Assembly: GCA_002269645.1 (NCBI GenBank)
Contig: NIVC01003693.1
Coordinates: 1-64,000, forward strand
DNA from: Macrostomum lignano
Taxonomy: Eukaryota
DNA length: 64,000 nt
Direction: 5' to 3'
This document shows positions 46,952 to 59,800 of the stretch, piece after piece (the first letter of the stretch is position 1; every line of letters begins with the position of its first letter). A program made the translations under genes and the position numbers. The notes under the pieces are model-generated. The model worked only from the letters and a program-made list of their open reading frames with translations, searched no databases and was not told where the DNA came from.

Positions 46952-48472
46952 ATGGCCTTCGAGCCGATTATGGAAAAAAACCCTATTTCTAGGGACGGGG
47001 ACCCTTCTAAACCCCAAACTCAGTCCGAAGGACCGGCCGGCCCTGCTGGCAGATCCCAACCGACTGATTCAACTGTGGCAAAGGAAGGACCGGCTGGCTC
47101 TGCTGGCAGATCCGACCAGAGCTACCAAACTCAAAATACCCAAAGACCTGCCAGCTCCGCTGGTGGATCTAAGGGAACCGCGAGCTCTGAGCCTAAAGGA
47201 CCGGCCAAATCTGGCAGATCCGATGAAGCTCAGCGGGCTCGGCTTGAGCGCAAACGCGCTAAACAACGCGCCAAAAGGCAGGCCAAGAAGGGAGCAGCGG
47301 GGGCCAAAGCGGCGGCGTCCACCATGGATGCTGAAGCGATTGGCGTCCCAAGGCAACCAGACGGGCCGGCCGGTGGAAGCTCTGGTAGTTCAGCGGCGGC
47401 GCTCCCTAGAGATGCTGCTGCGGCTGCTGAGGCCGAAACCACGGCGCAACAAATGGCCACTGCCAACAAGGAGGTTCCTTCGGGAGCTACCTTTGCGGCG
47501 AAGGCCAAGGCCAAAATCCCGGGAGTGATCATCCAAGGTCGCGACCAGGACTGGACCACTGATCAGCTTCAAAAAGTGTGGAGTGCTGTTGACTCCTTTC
47601 TGATTGAGCTGACTGTCAAGGAGGGAATCTCCATCGGCATTGAGCGGATGGTGCTGCGAAGCACATTCGTTCTTATTGCTCCTAGCAGCGAGGAGGACGC
47701 TCGGCAGCTGCTCCAGCGGCTGCCGACGGTCTCCTTGGATGCTGACCTTGGCGGAGCTCTTTTTCTTCGCGAGGGCCAGCGTCCAAAGACGATACCCTAT
47801 GTGGTTTTCGTCCCTGCTAAGAGCACCGCAGCTGGACCAGATGTTATCCGCCGGGTCCTACTGCGTCTGAACCCCGACCTCCCTGCTAGTGGACTGGTGT
47901 ATCACCGCCGAGTCCGCAGGGGGGAGACGGGCAAATCAATTGTCCTCGGCCTTTCCAGCACTTGGGCGAGTCGGTACCCTAATGGATCCTCTTTCCAGCT
48001 GGGTGCCCTCAAGCTCAAGATGCGCCGAGGAAAGTCTGCCAAAGGGAAGGCTACTGCCAACCCCGGCATCTCCGGCAAGAGCGGGGTGCAGTCTAAGGCC
48101 CAAGGAAAGGCGCAAGCCGATCCCAAAGCCAAAGCTGCATCTCGCCCCTCTGCTAGCAGCAGTTCGGCGACCGCGGTAACGGCTCCGGCCAAGCCCCGGG
48201 AACCAAATCTGCCAGTCGGAGAAGGAGTTGAGGACGAGGCCGGGTCTTCGGAATCCGAGCTCTCCTCGGCCACCCTGGTGGGGTCTGAAGGCAAAGATGC
48301 AGATGAGGAAGCTTCCTCCATCCTGTCGTCGGAGCCTGAGGACTCTGCTGGGGGGCCGGTGGGGGTAAGGAGGCCATGGACGTCGACCAACTCCCATCTC
48401 CCAGTCAAGCCCCAGCGGCCTGGGACGAGGACGATCTGTTGTCCAAGTCTCCTTGATGGCCCTGGGCTCTAG
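46952..48472 (+). CDS. LINE ORF1 (gag-like nucleic-acid-binding protein), 506 aa
   Basis: Long open ORF in ORF1 position with a basic coiled region and a central domain; low-complexity termini. Confidence 0.75.
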   Translation: MAFEPIMEKNPISRDGDPSKPQTQSEGPAGPAGRSQPTDSTVAKEGPAGSAGRSDQSYQTQNTQRPASSAGGSKGTASSEPKGPAKSGRSDEAQRARLERKRAKQRAKRQAKKGAAGAKAAASTMDAEAIGVPRQPDGPAGGSSGSSAAALPRDAAAAAEAETTAQQMATANKEVPSGATFAAKAKAKIPGVIIQGRDQDWTTDQLQKVWSAVDSFLIELTVKEGISIGIERMVLRSTFVLIAPSSEEDARQLLQRLPTVSLDADLGGALFLREGQRPKTIPYVVFVPAKSTAAGPDVIRRVLLRLNPDLPASGLVYHRRVRRGETGKSIVLGLSSTWASRYPNGSSFQLGALKLKMRRGKSAKGKATANPGISGKSGVQSKAQGKAQADPKAKAASRPSASSSSATAVTAPAKPREPNLPVGEGVEDEAGSSESELSSATLVGSEGKDADEEASSILSSEPEDSAGGPVGVRRPWTSTNSHLPVKPQRPGTRTICCPSLLDGPGL

Positions 48473-48495
48473 CCAGACATTGCATTTAATACAGT

Positions 48496-51400
48496 ATGAC
48501 TAAGCTCCACGCTGCCAAAGGAGCGACATTCTGTCTACAAATAAATTTACAGCATTGCGTATCTGCGTCAGTAAATCTGATGAAGATTGCTGAGCTGTAC
48601 AGGCCAGGCCTCATCCTGATCCAGGAACCCTGGATGCGCAACGGTAAGTTGCCCAACATTCCCTCTGGCTACTCTGATTTTTATGTGTGTGGCCCGGGGA
48701 ACAGCCGCCCTAGAGCGGCTATCCTCGCTGCTAGCCATCTCCAGGCTTGGCTGAGGACTGATCTCTCTGATGGAGACCTTTGCGTCATCCAATCTAATCA
48801 TTTCTCTCCGCGTACGTGTCTTGTTGCCTCGGTTTATATCCCAGGCGACAGAGATCCTGCTCCCGAGAGTTACTGCGCCTTGCGCAGTACTGCGAGTCCC
48901 AGAACGCTGAGCTGTGCTTAGGGGGCGACCTCAACGCGCATCACAAGCACTGGGGCAGCAAAGATACCAACACTAGAGGAGAGGAGCTTCTGGCCCTCAT
49001 CTCTAACACAAACCTCATGCTCTGCAACCGCGGCAGCACTCCTACCTTTAATAATGGCAGATGGACCGAGGTCCTCGACGCCACAAGCGTTACCCCAAGA
49101 CTCTTTGACAGAGTTGAGGAGTGGAGAGTCTGGTCTGAGGAGCCCTCCCTGTCTGACCACTGCTTTATCGCCTTTAACATCGCGGACACTAAAACCCGGT
49201 CTCCGATCACTTGGAGGCGCAATATCCGCAACACTGATTGGGCGGCCTACAAGGCTGCCCTTGATCTGCACCTGCAGGAACTCACGGACTTACGTCCGAT
49301 TGAGACCTGCGAGGATGTGGATCATATGGCTGAGACGCTGACAGGTTGCATTATTGCAGCCTACGAAGCGGCTTGTCCTGCTCGCGCCTACAAAGGCAAG
49401 ACCTCGGCGCCGTGGTGGAACCCGGAGCTGGGGAAACTCAGGCGGAAGGCCAAAAGCCTTCATCGCCGTGCCATGAAGACCGGAAACCCGGAGGACATGG
49501 AGCTTTTCCGGCAAGCCTCCCGCAATTGCTAGAGCTACTGCTAGACCGGAGCCCAACCATTCGATGGATGGAGCTACCCTAGCGGCGGGCACTGTTACTG
49601 AAGACCTAATCGCTCGTGCGGTCAGAACCTTCAAACCCTTCAAATCTCCTGGACCTGATGGTATCTACCCTGTTCTCCTTCGTGAAGCAGCCAAGATACC
49701 CTCGTTCCTGAGACTCACCCGCAATCTTATGCGGGCCTCTATCCAGCTGGGATACGTTCCCAAATGCTGGACTGAAGCTCGGGTAGTCTTTATTCCCAAA
49801 CCTGGGAAGGGTGACTACCAAAGCGTCAAGGCCTTCCGGCCAATTAGCTTAACGTCAGCAATGCTTAAGCTCACTGAGAGGCTTATTCTCTGGCGGCTGC
49901 TCTCCTGCGAGCTGACAGCGATGCCCCTCAGCAATAATCAGCACGCCTTCCGTACCGGGAGGTCGACTGACAGCGCCCTGCATGCGATTGTCGAGAAGAT
50001 TGAACGGGCGGTACTGGGTGACGGTTACGCCCTGGCTCTCTTTCTTGACATTGTTGGCGCCTTCGACAACGTTATCTTTGAAGCGTTTCAGAGGGCCCTT
50101 CAAAATCGCAAAGCTCATGCTACCCTCATACGGTGGATCATGTACATGATCTCCAACCGTACGGTCACTGCCCAACTTCTTGGGCAAACTGCCTCCACCA
50201 GAGTCTGTAAGGGTGGACCCCAAGGCGGAGTCCTCACCCGACGCTCTGGAACCTGGTCATGGACGCTCTTCTGAGTGACTCCCGACCCGACCCCGTCTTC
50301 AAAGTCGGGTATGCTGATGACGTCACGGCCATTGTGGCAGGACCGTCTCCCAGCACGCTCAGGGATCTGATGCAGAGCTTTATCCGCAAAGCAGAATCCT
50401 GGGCCAATGACAATGGTCTGGAACTCTCTGAGCCCAAAACCGTTGCCATTATGTTTACCAGCAGACTACGCTGGAACATACGTCCTCTGCAGCTCTACGG
50501 CAGAGATATTGCCTTCGCGCACCAGACCAGATGTCTCGGGGTCACACTTGACAACCGGCTCAACTGGTCCTTCCACGTGAAAGCAAAAGCCAAGCGTGCC
50601 TCAGCCATCCTGGTCCAGCTCCGACGAGCACTTGGCATTTCTTGGGGTCTATCCCCAAAGCGGCTTTGGTGGATCTATACTTCCGTAGTTAGACCTGCCA
50701 TTACGTACGCCTCTGTTGTCTGGGTTAGCGCTACCCAGGTCAAAAGCCATGCAGACCTGCTCAACACGATCCAAGGCAGAGCGTGTAGGCTCATCTGCAA
50801 CGCCACCAGGTCCACGCCCTTTGCTGGCATGGGGGCCTTCCTTAATCTTCCGCCTCTTGACCTCTTCATCAGGGGTGAGGCGGCTAGAACGACGCGGCGT
50901 CTAATTGATGCCGGCGTCAAATTCATTTACATGAGAGCACCTGCTAAGCGGAACCTTGTCCCGCATAGCGATCTGTGCCTCAACTTTCTCAACGAGTGTC
51001 AGGCCAATCGCGTCTTCACCGATGGCATTGCCTCAACGCTCAACCTGAGACAGCGCTACTCCGTAGCTATCGACTCGCGCGATAACATCAATGACCAATG
51101 GAACCTTGGTGAGCTTCATTGCTACACCGATGGTTCTAAGCAGTCAGCCAACACCGGCTTTGGTGTTGGAATCTTCCTGAACGGGAGGGTCATCGCTACC
51201 CACGCTCAATACACTGGGGTCAACTCCAGTGTTTTCCAAAATGAAGTTCTGGCCATCAGCTCCTGCACTGCAGAGCTTCTCGCCACTGGCGTTACTGGTA
51301 AGAACATCATTTTCCATTCGGACAGCCAAGCTGCCTTGCACGCCATCAGTGGCTGCAGCACCAACTCTGCTACAGTCCTCGACTGTATCAAACTTCTCAA

Positions 51401-51860
51401 CGTGTTGGGTTCCGCCAACAAAATTACCCTTAAGTGGGTTCCGGGGCATGTGGGGATCCGAGGAAATGAGCTGGCTGACACCCTTGCAAAAGTTGGTGCC
51501 TCCGGCTCCTCTCTCGGCCCCGAACCTCTTGTCCCGATTCCTGGCTGTGTCATCGACTCGCGCATCAAAGCGTGGATCAGGACTCAGCACCGCTCGACTT
51601 GGGCGAACCGCACGAACTGCAGGCAATCCAGAGGCGCTGTCCCTCAGCCCTCTCACCAGCTCCGGAAGCTCCTCTTGCGCCTCTCGCGCAGAGACATCCG
51701 GGCTGCCATCATGACCCTCTCTGGTCACGGCTGCTTCTCCAGGCACCAGTACCTGCAGGGCAACGCCACCAACGCCACCTGTAGTTTCTGCAACTCAGGT
51801 GACGAAACCGCTGAGCATTTCGTCAGCATCTGTCCCGCCTTAGCCAGACACTGCATTTAA
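48496..51860 (+). pseudogene. LINE ORF2 (EN-RT-RNase H-CCHC) broken by ~3 frameshifts
   Basis: Overlapping ORFs 48496-48921, 48816-49532, 49564-50274, 50259-51860. Confidence 0.88.
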
Positions 51861-52974
51861 TACAGTATGACTAAGCTCCACGCTGCCAAAGGAGCGACAT
51901 TCTGTCTACAAATAAATTTACAGCATTTACAGCCTTCACGCGGGCCAGACTCACTTACCTCGGGCCACACACATCTATTACTGAAGCGTGCAAACCCGAA
52001 AACTTCAATCAGCTCATGCGCTGCCTTCGGGCCACCCGCAGGGCTGAACTCTCCTTTCCAGAGAGCACTATAGCTGCTGGCGACACTGGGGGACCTCCCT
52101 GGGCGGCGCCAACCCTCCGTCCATAGCGACGCGTCGGCCGTTCAGGGACTAGCGGAATGGGCGCCCGCGTCTTCCCGCTGTGTCCCCTCCGGGACAGCCC
52201 TGCAGCTAAGTCAAAGTAAGTCAAGTCCGCTACCTAAGGGCTACCGGGCGAGCGACTATCCACCACCTCCGGAAGGGACCTGCGCTGCGGACGCCGGCAC
52301 CAACGCACAACCAGCTGCCCGTGGTCGCCAGGGGTTAGCGGAATGGGCGTCGTCTAAGTGCGGCTCAAGGGCCAGTTGTCAAATTGCCAAGGCTCAAAGA
52401 GGAGAGGCGGATAAAATCGTAGGCTTTTTAGTTTTTTTAGTTTAAGATCTTTTTAATATCTGGCATTATGGATAAATAAATTAAAACAGCGGTTTAATCT
52501 CATTAAAAAAAGAACATCACAGAATCAGGACAATTACAAGCGATGGTTGGACATCTTCTCTGTCTTGAATAAATATACAGCACATGTTAATGCAGCACTA
52601 TTACATTATTATGATAGCAGTGGAAGACACGCGGGTTGTTAGCAAAAGTTAAAAAATTCCGAATTTAACATATTCAGTTTTGGTGCAACTCTGACGGTGC
52701 ATAAAATTTAAGAAGTCACGCCTGGAATATTTTCACATGATCAAAAGCTGAGTCTCAAAAATCGGTCAATTCTACTGAAGAAATCTTTGTCGATAAAACA
52801 ATAGCGGAATAACGTGGCTTGAAGTTTTCATCTATCAGATACAAAATTAGCAGCTACAGAATTAAAACAAAACAAATCAACAAAAGCAGTTCGTTAAAAT
52901 TTGAAATTTAAACAAACGCAAACTGGAGTAAACAAGTGGTCGGGCAAATAAACAAAGCAAACCGTTGCCATGTC

Positions 52975-54065
52975 ACCCTACACGGGATAATGGCACTCGA
53001 CACCTCGACACAGGATGGTCGACACAGGACTCTACACGCAGAATTTCACTCTACACTGTAGATCAATGTCACTCTACATCGGGGATCAATGTCACTCTAC
53101 ATCGGGGATCAATGTCACTCTACATCGGGGATCAATGTCACTCTACATGGGGGATCAATATCACTCTACACTGTAGATCAATGTCACTCTACACTGTAGA
53201 TCAATGTCACTCTACATGGGGGATCAATGTCACTCTACATGGGGGATCAATGTCACTCTACATGGGGGATCAATGTCACTCTACACTGTAGATCAATGTC
53301 ACTCTACATGGGAGATCAATTTCACTCTACATGGGGAATCAATGTCACTCTACACTGTAGATCAATGTCACTCTACATGGGGGATCAATGTCACTCTACA
53401 CTGTAGATCAATGTCACTCTACACTGTAGATCAATGTCACTCTACACCGGAGATCAATGTCACTCTACACTGTACATCAATGTCACTCTACATGGGAGAT
53501 CAATGTCACTCTACACGGGAGACCAATGTCACTCTACATGGGAGATCAATGTCACTCTACACGGGAGATCAATGTCACTCTACATGGGAGATCAATGCCA
53601 CTCTACACGGGAGATCAATGTCACTCTACACGGGAGATCAATGTCACTCTACGAGCTACATGGGAGATCAATGTCACTCTACACGGGAGATCAATGTCAC
53701 TCTACACGGGAGATCAATGTCACTCTACGAGCTACACGGGAGATCAATGTCACTCTACATGGGAGATCAATGTCACTCTACACTGTACATCAATGTCACT
53801 CTACATGGGAGATCAATGTCACTCTACACGGGAGATCAATGTCACTCTACATGGGAGATCAATGTCACTCTACACGGGAGATCAATGTCACTCTACATGG
53901 GAGATCAATGCCACTCTACACGGGAGATCAATGTCACTCTACACGGGAGATCAATGTCACTCTACGAGCTACATGGGAGATCAATGTCACTCTACACGGG
54001 AGATCAATGTCACTCTACACGGGAGATCAATGTCACTCTACGAGCTACACGGGAGATCAATGTCC
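52975..54065. repeat. 23-bp minisatellite (CACTCTACATGGGAGATCAATGT)n
   Basis: Read directly; accounts for the ORFs 52965-54174. Confidence 0.95.
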
Positions 54066-54236
54066 CTCTAAGCAGCAGAATCCACGCTACCCAATGGCAA
54101 ATTTTATTCTTTCATGCAACTCAACAAGGCAAGGTGTCACTCTAAACGGCATATCATTTGAATGTCACACTTGATGTAAAATGTCACTCTGTACATGGCA
54201 ATATGTCACTCTAAACAAAGAGCCTCTCTCCCAGCC

Positions 54237-55618
54237 TCAATCATCTTCATCGGCGGCCGCGGCCTCCCTGTCAGCGGGGCCGGCGGGCTGCCGCATGCGC
54301 CGGATATTCAAGGAGTTCTCCTCGTTGCAGGCGTAGCAGATGAAGATGCCGTACTGGCGGCAGCGGCTGCAGATGAAATTGTCGTGCAGGCATTTCTCGC
54401 AATCCACCACAATGTCCTTGACCCGGCCGCAGCCCTTGCAGTTGGGGTCGTGGCCGAACCACTCGGACTCGCCGAGGACCTCGTTGGCGGTGTCACCCGG
54501 TGGTACACGCACAGAGCGCTGAGGATTCGCTCCCTGATCGGCCGGCTGAGCTCGCGAAACGCTTTCTGAGTCTCCAGAGTGCGGAGGCATTTCTCGAATA
54601 ACAGGCTCATCTCGGCCAGCATGGAGTACTCCAGCTCATCCAGCTTGTAGTCCAGCACCTCCTGCGGCGGTTTGGGGCAGGTGGGAGCTCAGCTTATTTA
54701 CTTTGTTCAACTGTGAGTGGCTTACTGAGGAACGGGGGAGGGGGCGGAAAGTGGCCGGTTGAAGAACTGGGAGTGGGGCGGAAAGTGGCCGGTTGAAGAA
54801 CTGGGAGTGGGGCGGAAAGTGGCCGGTTGAAGAACTGGGAGTGGGGCGGAAAGTGGCCGGTTGAAGAACCGGGGATAGGGGCGGAAAGTGGCCGGCTGAA
54901 GAACCGGGGATAGGGGCGGAAAGTGGCCGGCTGAAGAACTGGGGGAGGGGGCGGAAAGTGGCCGGTTGATGAACCGGGAATGGGGCGGAGTGGCCGGTTG
55001 AAGAACCGGGAATGGGGCGGAGTGGCCGGTTGAAGAACCGGGAGTGGGGCGGAAAGTGGCCGGTTGATGAACCGGGGATAGGAGCGGAAAGTGGCCGGTT
55101 GAAGAACCGGAAGTCGGGCAGAGTGTCTGGCTGAAGAACCGGGGGAGACGGAGTGGCAAAATAAAGTAGAGCTCACCTGAAAGTACACCACAACATTAGC
55201 TTTGGTAATATTGTTGCGAAGGAGCTGCACCGCGGGCTCCCACAGCACCTGCACCTGGTACTCCTTGATCAGCGCGAGGACAGGCACAGCCAGCTCAGGG
55301 CTGATGTAGTTGCTAATAGGCCGGCAAAAGTGCAAATTGTGCAGGCAGTTCAGCAGAGCCCGCATCGGCGCCTGATCCTTGCCCGGCAGTTTCACCACGG
55401 CCTGGTCGCTTTCAATGAACCGGTTGGAGAACATGGCCTCCAGCACGGGCGAGTGCAGCGACAGCACCCAGGTGTTGCTGTACAGGGTGGAGTCGTCATC
55501 GAGTGCGAAGGCCACATTTCTGCAAGGGATTGCGTGCGTGGCAGGGTCTGTTGAGTCCGGAGGGGTGGAGGGGGCGTCGGGCTGCCCGTTGGATTCTGCG
55601 GTTGCTTTGGCCAGCTGC

Positions 55619-55650
<32 letters not shown>

Positions 55651-55866
55651 CTGCTTGGCTTTCTTCGAGTCTTTGCTCAGCTTGATGGGCAGCGAGGGTG
55701 TCTTCAGCCAGGCTGACGGAGAGAACAGCATCGGGTCCGGCCGGGGCTGCAGTTGGCGGGAGAGACAGCTCGGGCGATTTGCGATGGAATCTCGAAGCCG
55801 ATTATTTACATTCATGGTGCGGCTTTGAGAGCGAACATTCTGAACGCTACTATAAGTAGCAGTCAT
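54237..55866 (-). CDS. BTB/POZ-domain protein with N-terminal polyQ and C-terminal 4xCxxC cluster, join(55177..55866, 54237..54661), one apparent 1-G deletion near 54497
   Basis: BTB motif NVAFALDDDSTLYSNTWVLSLHSPVLEAMFSNRFIESDQAVVKLPG. Phase-0 splice CAG|GTGAGC...CGCAG|GAG. Adding one G to CGGGTG joins the two exon-2 frames (YHRGDTANEVL). Confidence 0.78.
54735..55140. repeat. intronic 34-bp minisatellite (GGGGCGGAAAGTGGCCGGTTGAAGAACTGGGAGT)n
   Basis: Read directly, within the BTB gene intron. Confidence 0.93.
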
Positions 55867-55932
55867 TCGCTATTAGGGTTATCAGGCATTTCGGGTTGGT
55901 GCTATGGTTAGGGTTTGGGTTAGTGTTAGAGT

Positions 55933-56100
55933 CAGTGGTTGTAGCCCTGTGGTCAGAGCGTCGGACTCACGACTTGAAGGTCGGGGGTTCGATTCCCGAT
56001 CTCACTGAAACAATTTGTGTAGCAATAGCTGCGGCTGAGCTGTCGGTTGCACATCTGGTCCAATTTTGGATAGGTGTAATCAATTATTATTATAATTACT
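55933..56100 (+). mobile_element. tRNA-derived SINE or tRNA pseudogene (tRNA-like head 55933-56007)
   Basis: Acceptor-like stem CAGTGG/TCACTG, A-box-like TAGCCCTGTGG, B-box GGTTCGATTCC, loop CTCACGA. D and anticodon stems are imperfect, and a body with an (ATT)n-like end follows. Confidence 0.65.
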
Positions 56101-56869
56101 AGAGTCTAACACGGTTATAAAAGAAGATGAGGGACTGAGTGTTAATCCTATGCCTGACAAAATTCCAGTTCTGAAGGCGACTCTCTATTATTCAAAACTG
56201 GACCTGGTCGCATGCAAAAGAAGGAAATGAAGACTGAATTCACTGGCCAAGAGCAGGCACTTGATACACCCGCTGCTAACTTTACTGCACTCGTATGCTA
56301 TATTTCACAAATCACACTGTATCCGCGTGCACAAGACAGCACAATAAACTGAACGTGAATGAGCTTAGGGTTACAAGCTTGGATAAACAAATTTAGCTGC
56401 CATTTCGAATAAAAGCCTCAATCAGTTTCGCAATATTATTAAAGTGCACAACACCGATTTGAAAACTGTGCTATTAAATAAATCAACTACATGATAATTC
56501 ACAATGACCACTATTTTAAACCGTAAGGCTATACAGTTACAAGTCATTCTTAAAATTATCGCCGCGTCAGGAGAAGTCCTTGAGATTATTCGGGGAATTT
56601 GAACACACACGCCAGCAGAAAAAGTACCTGGAGCACTTCTAATGAGTAGGTAAATAGAACAGGGGAATGTTGAACATGACAGGCAGTTTCAATACTCTCG
56701 ATATGGAGGCGACATTCGGATTGGAAAACACTAAGGCAGGCACGTTAGCGGACACAAATTTGATTACTTTTAACGCTATCAAATTTCTTTACTAACTTGC
56801 TTTATGCACTACTGGTAGATGAAAACATAAGTAGTATAATTAGGACATGCAAGAAATAAAATAAGTCGC

Positions 56870-59800
56870 TTATTTCAAAGCAGTTGCGGCAGCTTCAACG
56901 GTGGCTGGCGTGGGCTGCAGCATGAAGTCCACCACGAACTCGCGGACAAAGGTCTGCACAGCCGTGTCCAGCGCGAGGCGGCCGCCCGTGTGCCGCATGA
57001 GCTGCTCAATGTGGCCCGGGGACATGAGCTGCTGCACCAGCTGGGGGGCCAGTAGCGCCTGGTCCCGCCGAGGTCTGGGCAGGGTAGAGAGGAGGATTAG
57101 TGAGAATGAATCAGTTTAAATCTGACTATCATTTGAGGGAAACTTGTTTTTTCTAAGAATTTAGAATCAGTTCCAAGGATGGGAGACTCTAAATTTGAGG
57201 GTTCATAGGGGGGGGGGAATTGCTGAGATGCCAAGGCTCATGGGGGCGAATTGCTGAGATGCCAAGGCTCATGGGGGGAATTGCTGAGATGCCAAGGCTC
57301 ATGGGAGGAATTGCTAAGATGCCAAGGCTCATGGGGGGGGAGTTGCTGAGATGCCAAGGCTCATGGGGGGGAGTTGCTGAGATGCCAAGGCTCATGGGGG
57401 GGGAATTGCTAAGATGCTGTGGCTCATGGGGGAGTTGCTGAGATGCCAAGGCTCATGGGGGGAATTGCTGAGACGTCAAGGCTCATGGTGTGGGGAATTG
57501 CTGAGATGCTGTGGCTCATGGGGGGAATTGCTGAGATGCTGTGGCTCATGGGGGGATTGCTGAGATGCTGTGGCTCATGGGGGGATTGCTGAGATGCTGT
57601 GGCTCATGGGGGGGGTGGTTGTTAAGTTGCTGTGGCTCATGGGGGGATTGCTGAGATGCTGTGGCTCATGGGGGGAATTGCTGAGACGTCAAGGGGGATC
57701 GTGACTATCTGACTACCTGACCATCTCGTCCACGCAGCCGGAGGCGTACACTCCGTCCACGCATTCAACAATCAGCTGGTGCAGCTGTTCAACAAATTTC
57801 ACTCGCTCCTCCTCGCTCGGCGACTGCAGCGGCGGCGGCTGCGCGGGAGGCTGCACAGCGGCCGGAACGAGCTCCATCTTGTCGGTGATGATGCTGACAT
57901 CATCCAGATTCTTGATGTACTCCAGCAGACCCAGCAGCCGGCGATCCTCCGCTACGGAGAGCAGCTCGGCGTCGGTCAGGGCGCACTGCGGGTCGCCGTG
58001 GCTCAGCAGGTAGTTGAGGAACTTGGACAGCAGGCCGATCACCTTCTCCATCGCCTGATCGTCCTTCAACAGGTCGGCAGGCGACGGCTTCGCAAAGGCC
58101 GAGGCGGCGGCGGCTGCGGCAGCTTCGGCTTCGGCGGCCGCCTTCCGCTGCTCGTCGTCGAAGGCCACGTAAGCTTCGAACAGGCGGCGGAATTCCGCCT
58201 TGGGCAGCCGCCGAGTTGAAGGCCGGGCCGGCGGCGGCGGCGGCAGCTCCGGCATCAGCGACTGCACCTTCGGTGGCGCCGACGAAGAAGCCGGCGATGT
58301 CGGTAGCGGCGGCGTCTCCGGCTGGTCGTCAGGGTCCGGGGGCGTCTGGCGCAGCTCCGGGCGCTTCTTGGGAATCCGCAGGCCGCCGAACGGCTGGCCG
58401 GGCAGCTGGCGCCACCGGTCCAGCAGACTGCGGGCGGCGGCGCAGTCGGCCAGGCGTTCCAGCAGCGGCATGGCCTGAGCCACATGCTGGGTGTAGGCCA
58501 CGGGCAGCTGGGCCAACGCCAGCACCAGCGTCTGCGCGCTACCAGTCGCTTGGACATTTGACGAGCCATCGTCAGCCGGGACGGAGGCGCCGGAGGCGGC
58601 GTCGTCAGCGACCAGCTCGCGCAGGTATGAGGACAGCACGTCGACGGCGTGACAGCGGCGAAGCGCCTGCAGGCTGGCCGAGCAGTCCGTGTTGCCAACA
58701 AGGCGGACCAGCCGCATTCGGGTGTCCCAGTCCAGGCTCTCCTGTATAGCGGCAACATTGTGTACTTTTATTGGCTATATTTGCTACATCACGCCCATTC
58801 CGCTGACCCCTGAGCACTCACTCAAAGTGCACAGTGACACTGACTTCCCCATTTTCTAGGGTGAGAACCAGGCTTCAGGCCAATTTTCGTGCACTCGAGC
58901 CCCAAATAAGTGTGGCGGCGGCATACAGACTTTGGCGTGAGAGTCGGGCGTTTTAAACGCAGAGCTGCACTAAGCGCACAATAAGCTGCACTAAACGCTT
59001 CAAAGGCTACAGTAACGGCCTCATAAGCTACACTAAGCGCCTCACAATAAGCTACACTAAGCGCCTCATAATAAGGTACACTAAGCGCCTCACAATAAGG
59101 TACACTAAGCGCCTCATAAGCTACACTAAGCGCCTCATAAGCTACACTAAGCGCCTCATAAGCTACACTAAGCGCCTCATAAGCTACACTAAGCGCCTCA
59201 TAAGCTACACTAAGCGCCTCACAATAAGCTACACTAAGCTCCTCACAATAAGCTACATTAAGCGCCTCACAATAAGCTACACTAAGCGCCTCATAAGCTA
59301 CACTAAGCGCTCATAAGCTACACTAAGCGCCTCACAATAAGCTACACTAATCGCCTCGCAGTAAGCTACACTAATCGCCTCACAATAAGCTATACTAAGC
59401 GTCTCACAATAAGCTACACTAAGCTCCTCACAATAAGCTACATTAAGCGCCTCACAATAAGCTACACTAAGCGCCTCATAAGCTACACTAAGCGCTCATA
59501 AGCTACACTAAGCGCCTCACAATAAGCTACACTAATCGCCTCGCAGTAAGCTACACTAATCGCCTCACAATAAGCTATACTAAGCGTCTCACAATAAGCT
59601 ACACTAAGCGCCTCATAAGCTACACTAAGCGCCTCATAAGCTACACTAAGCGCCTCACAATAAGCTACACTAATCGCCTCGCAGTAAGCTACATTAAGCG
59701 CCTCACAATTAGCTACACTAATCGCCTCACAATAAGCTATACTAAGCGTCTCACAATAAGCTACACTAAGCTCCTCACAATAAGCTATACTAAGCGCCTC

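Larger units (their letters stand above)
46435..52380 (+). mobile_element. LOA/Lian-like (R1 group) non-LTR retrotransposon with ORF1 and frameshifted ORF2
   Basis: ORF1 46952-48472. ORF2 segments: EN (LQINLQH, IQEPW, GGDLNAH, SDH), RT (FRPISLTS, QHAFRTGRST, FLDIVGAFD, GGPQGGVL, YADD), RNase H (YTDGSK, WVPGH) and CCHC (CSFC..ETAEHF..CP). Boundaries approximate. Confidence 0.88.

Noticed and set aside
52965-54174. ORFs of MSLYTGDQCHSTWEINVTLHGR repeats
   Set aside because: 23-bp minisatellite; open in several frames, with no unique coding context.
54694-55176. Proline-rich C-terminal extension of the BTB ORF
   Set aside because: Read-through past a strong donor (CAG|GTGAGC) into an intronic minisatellite.
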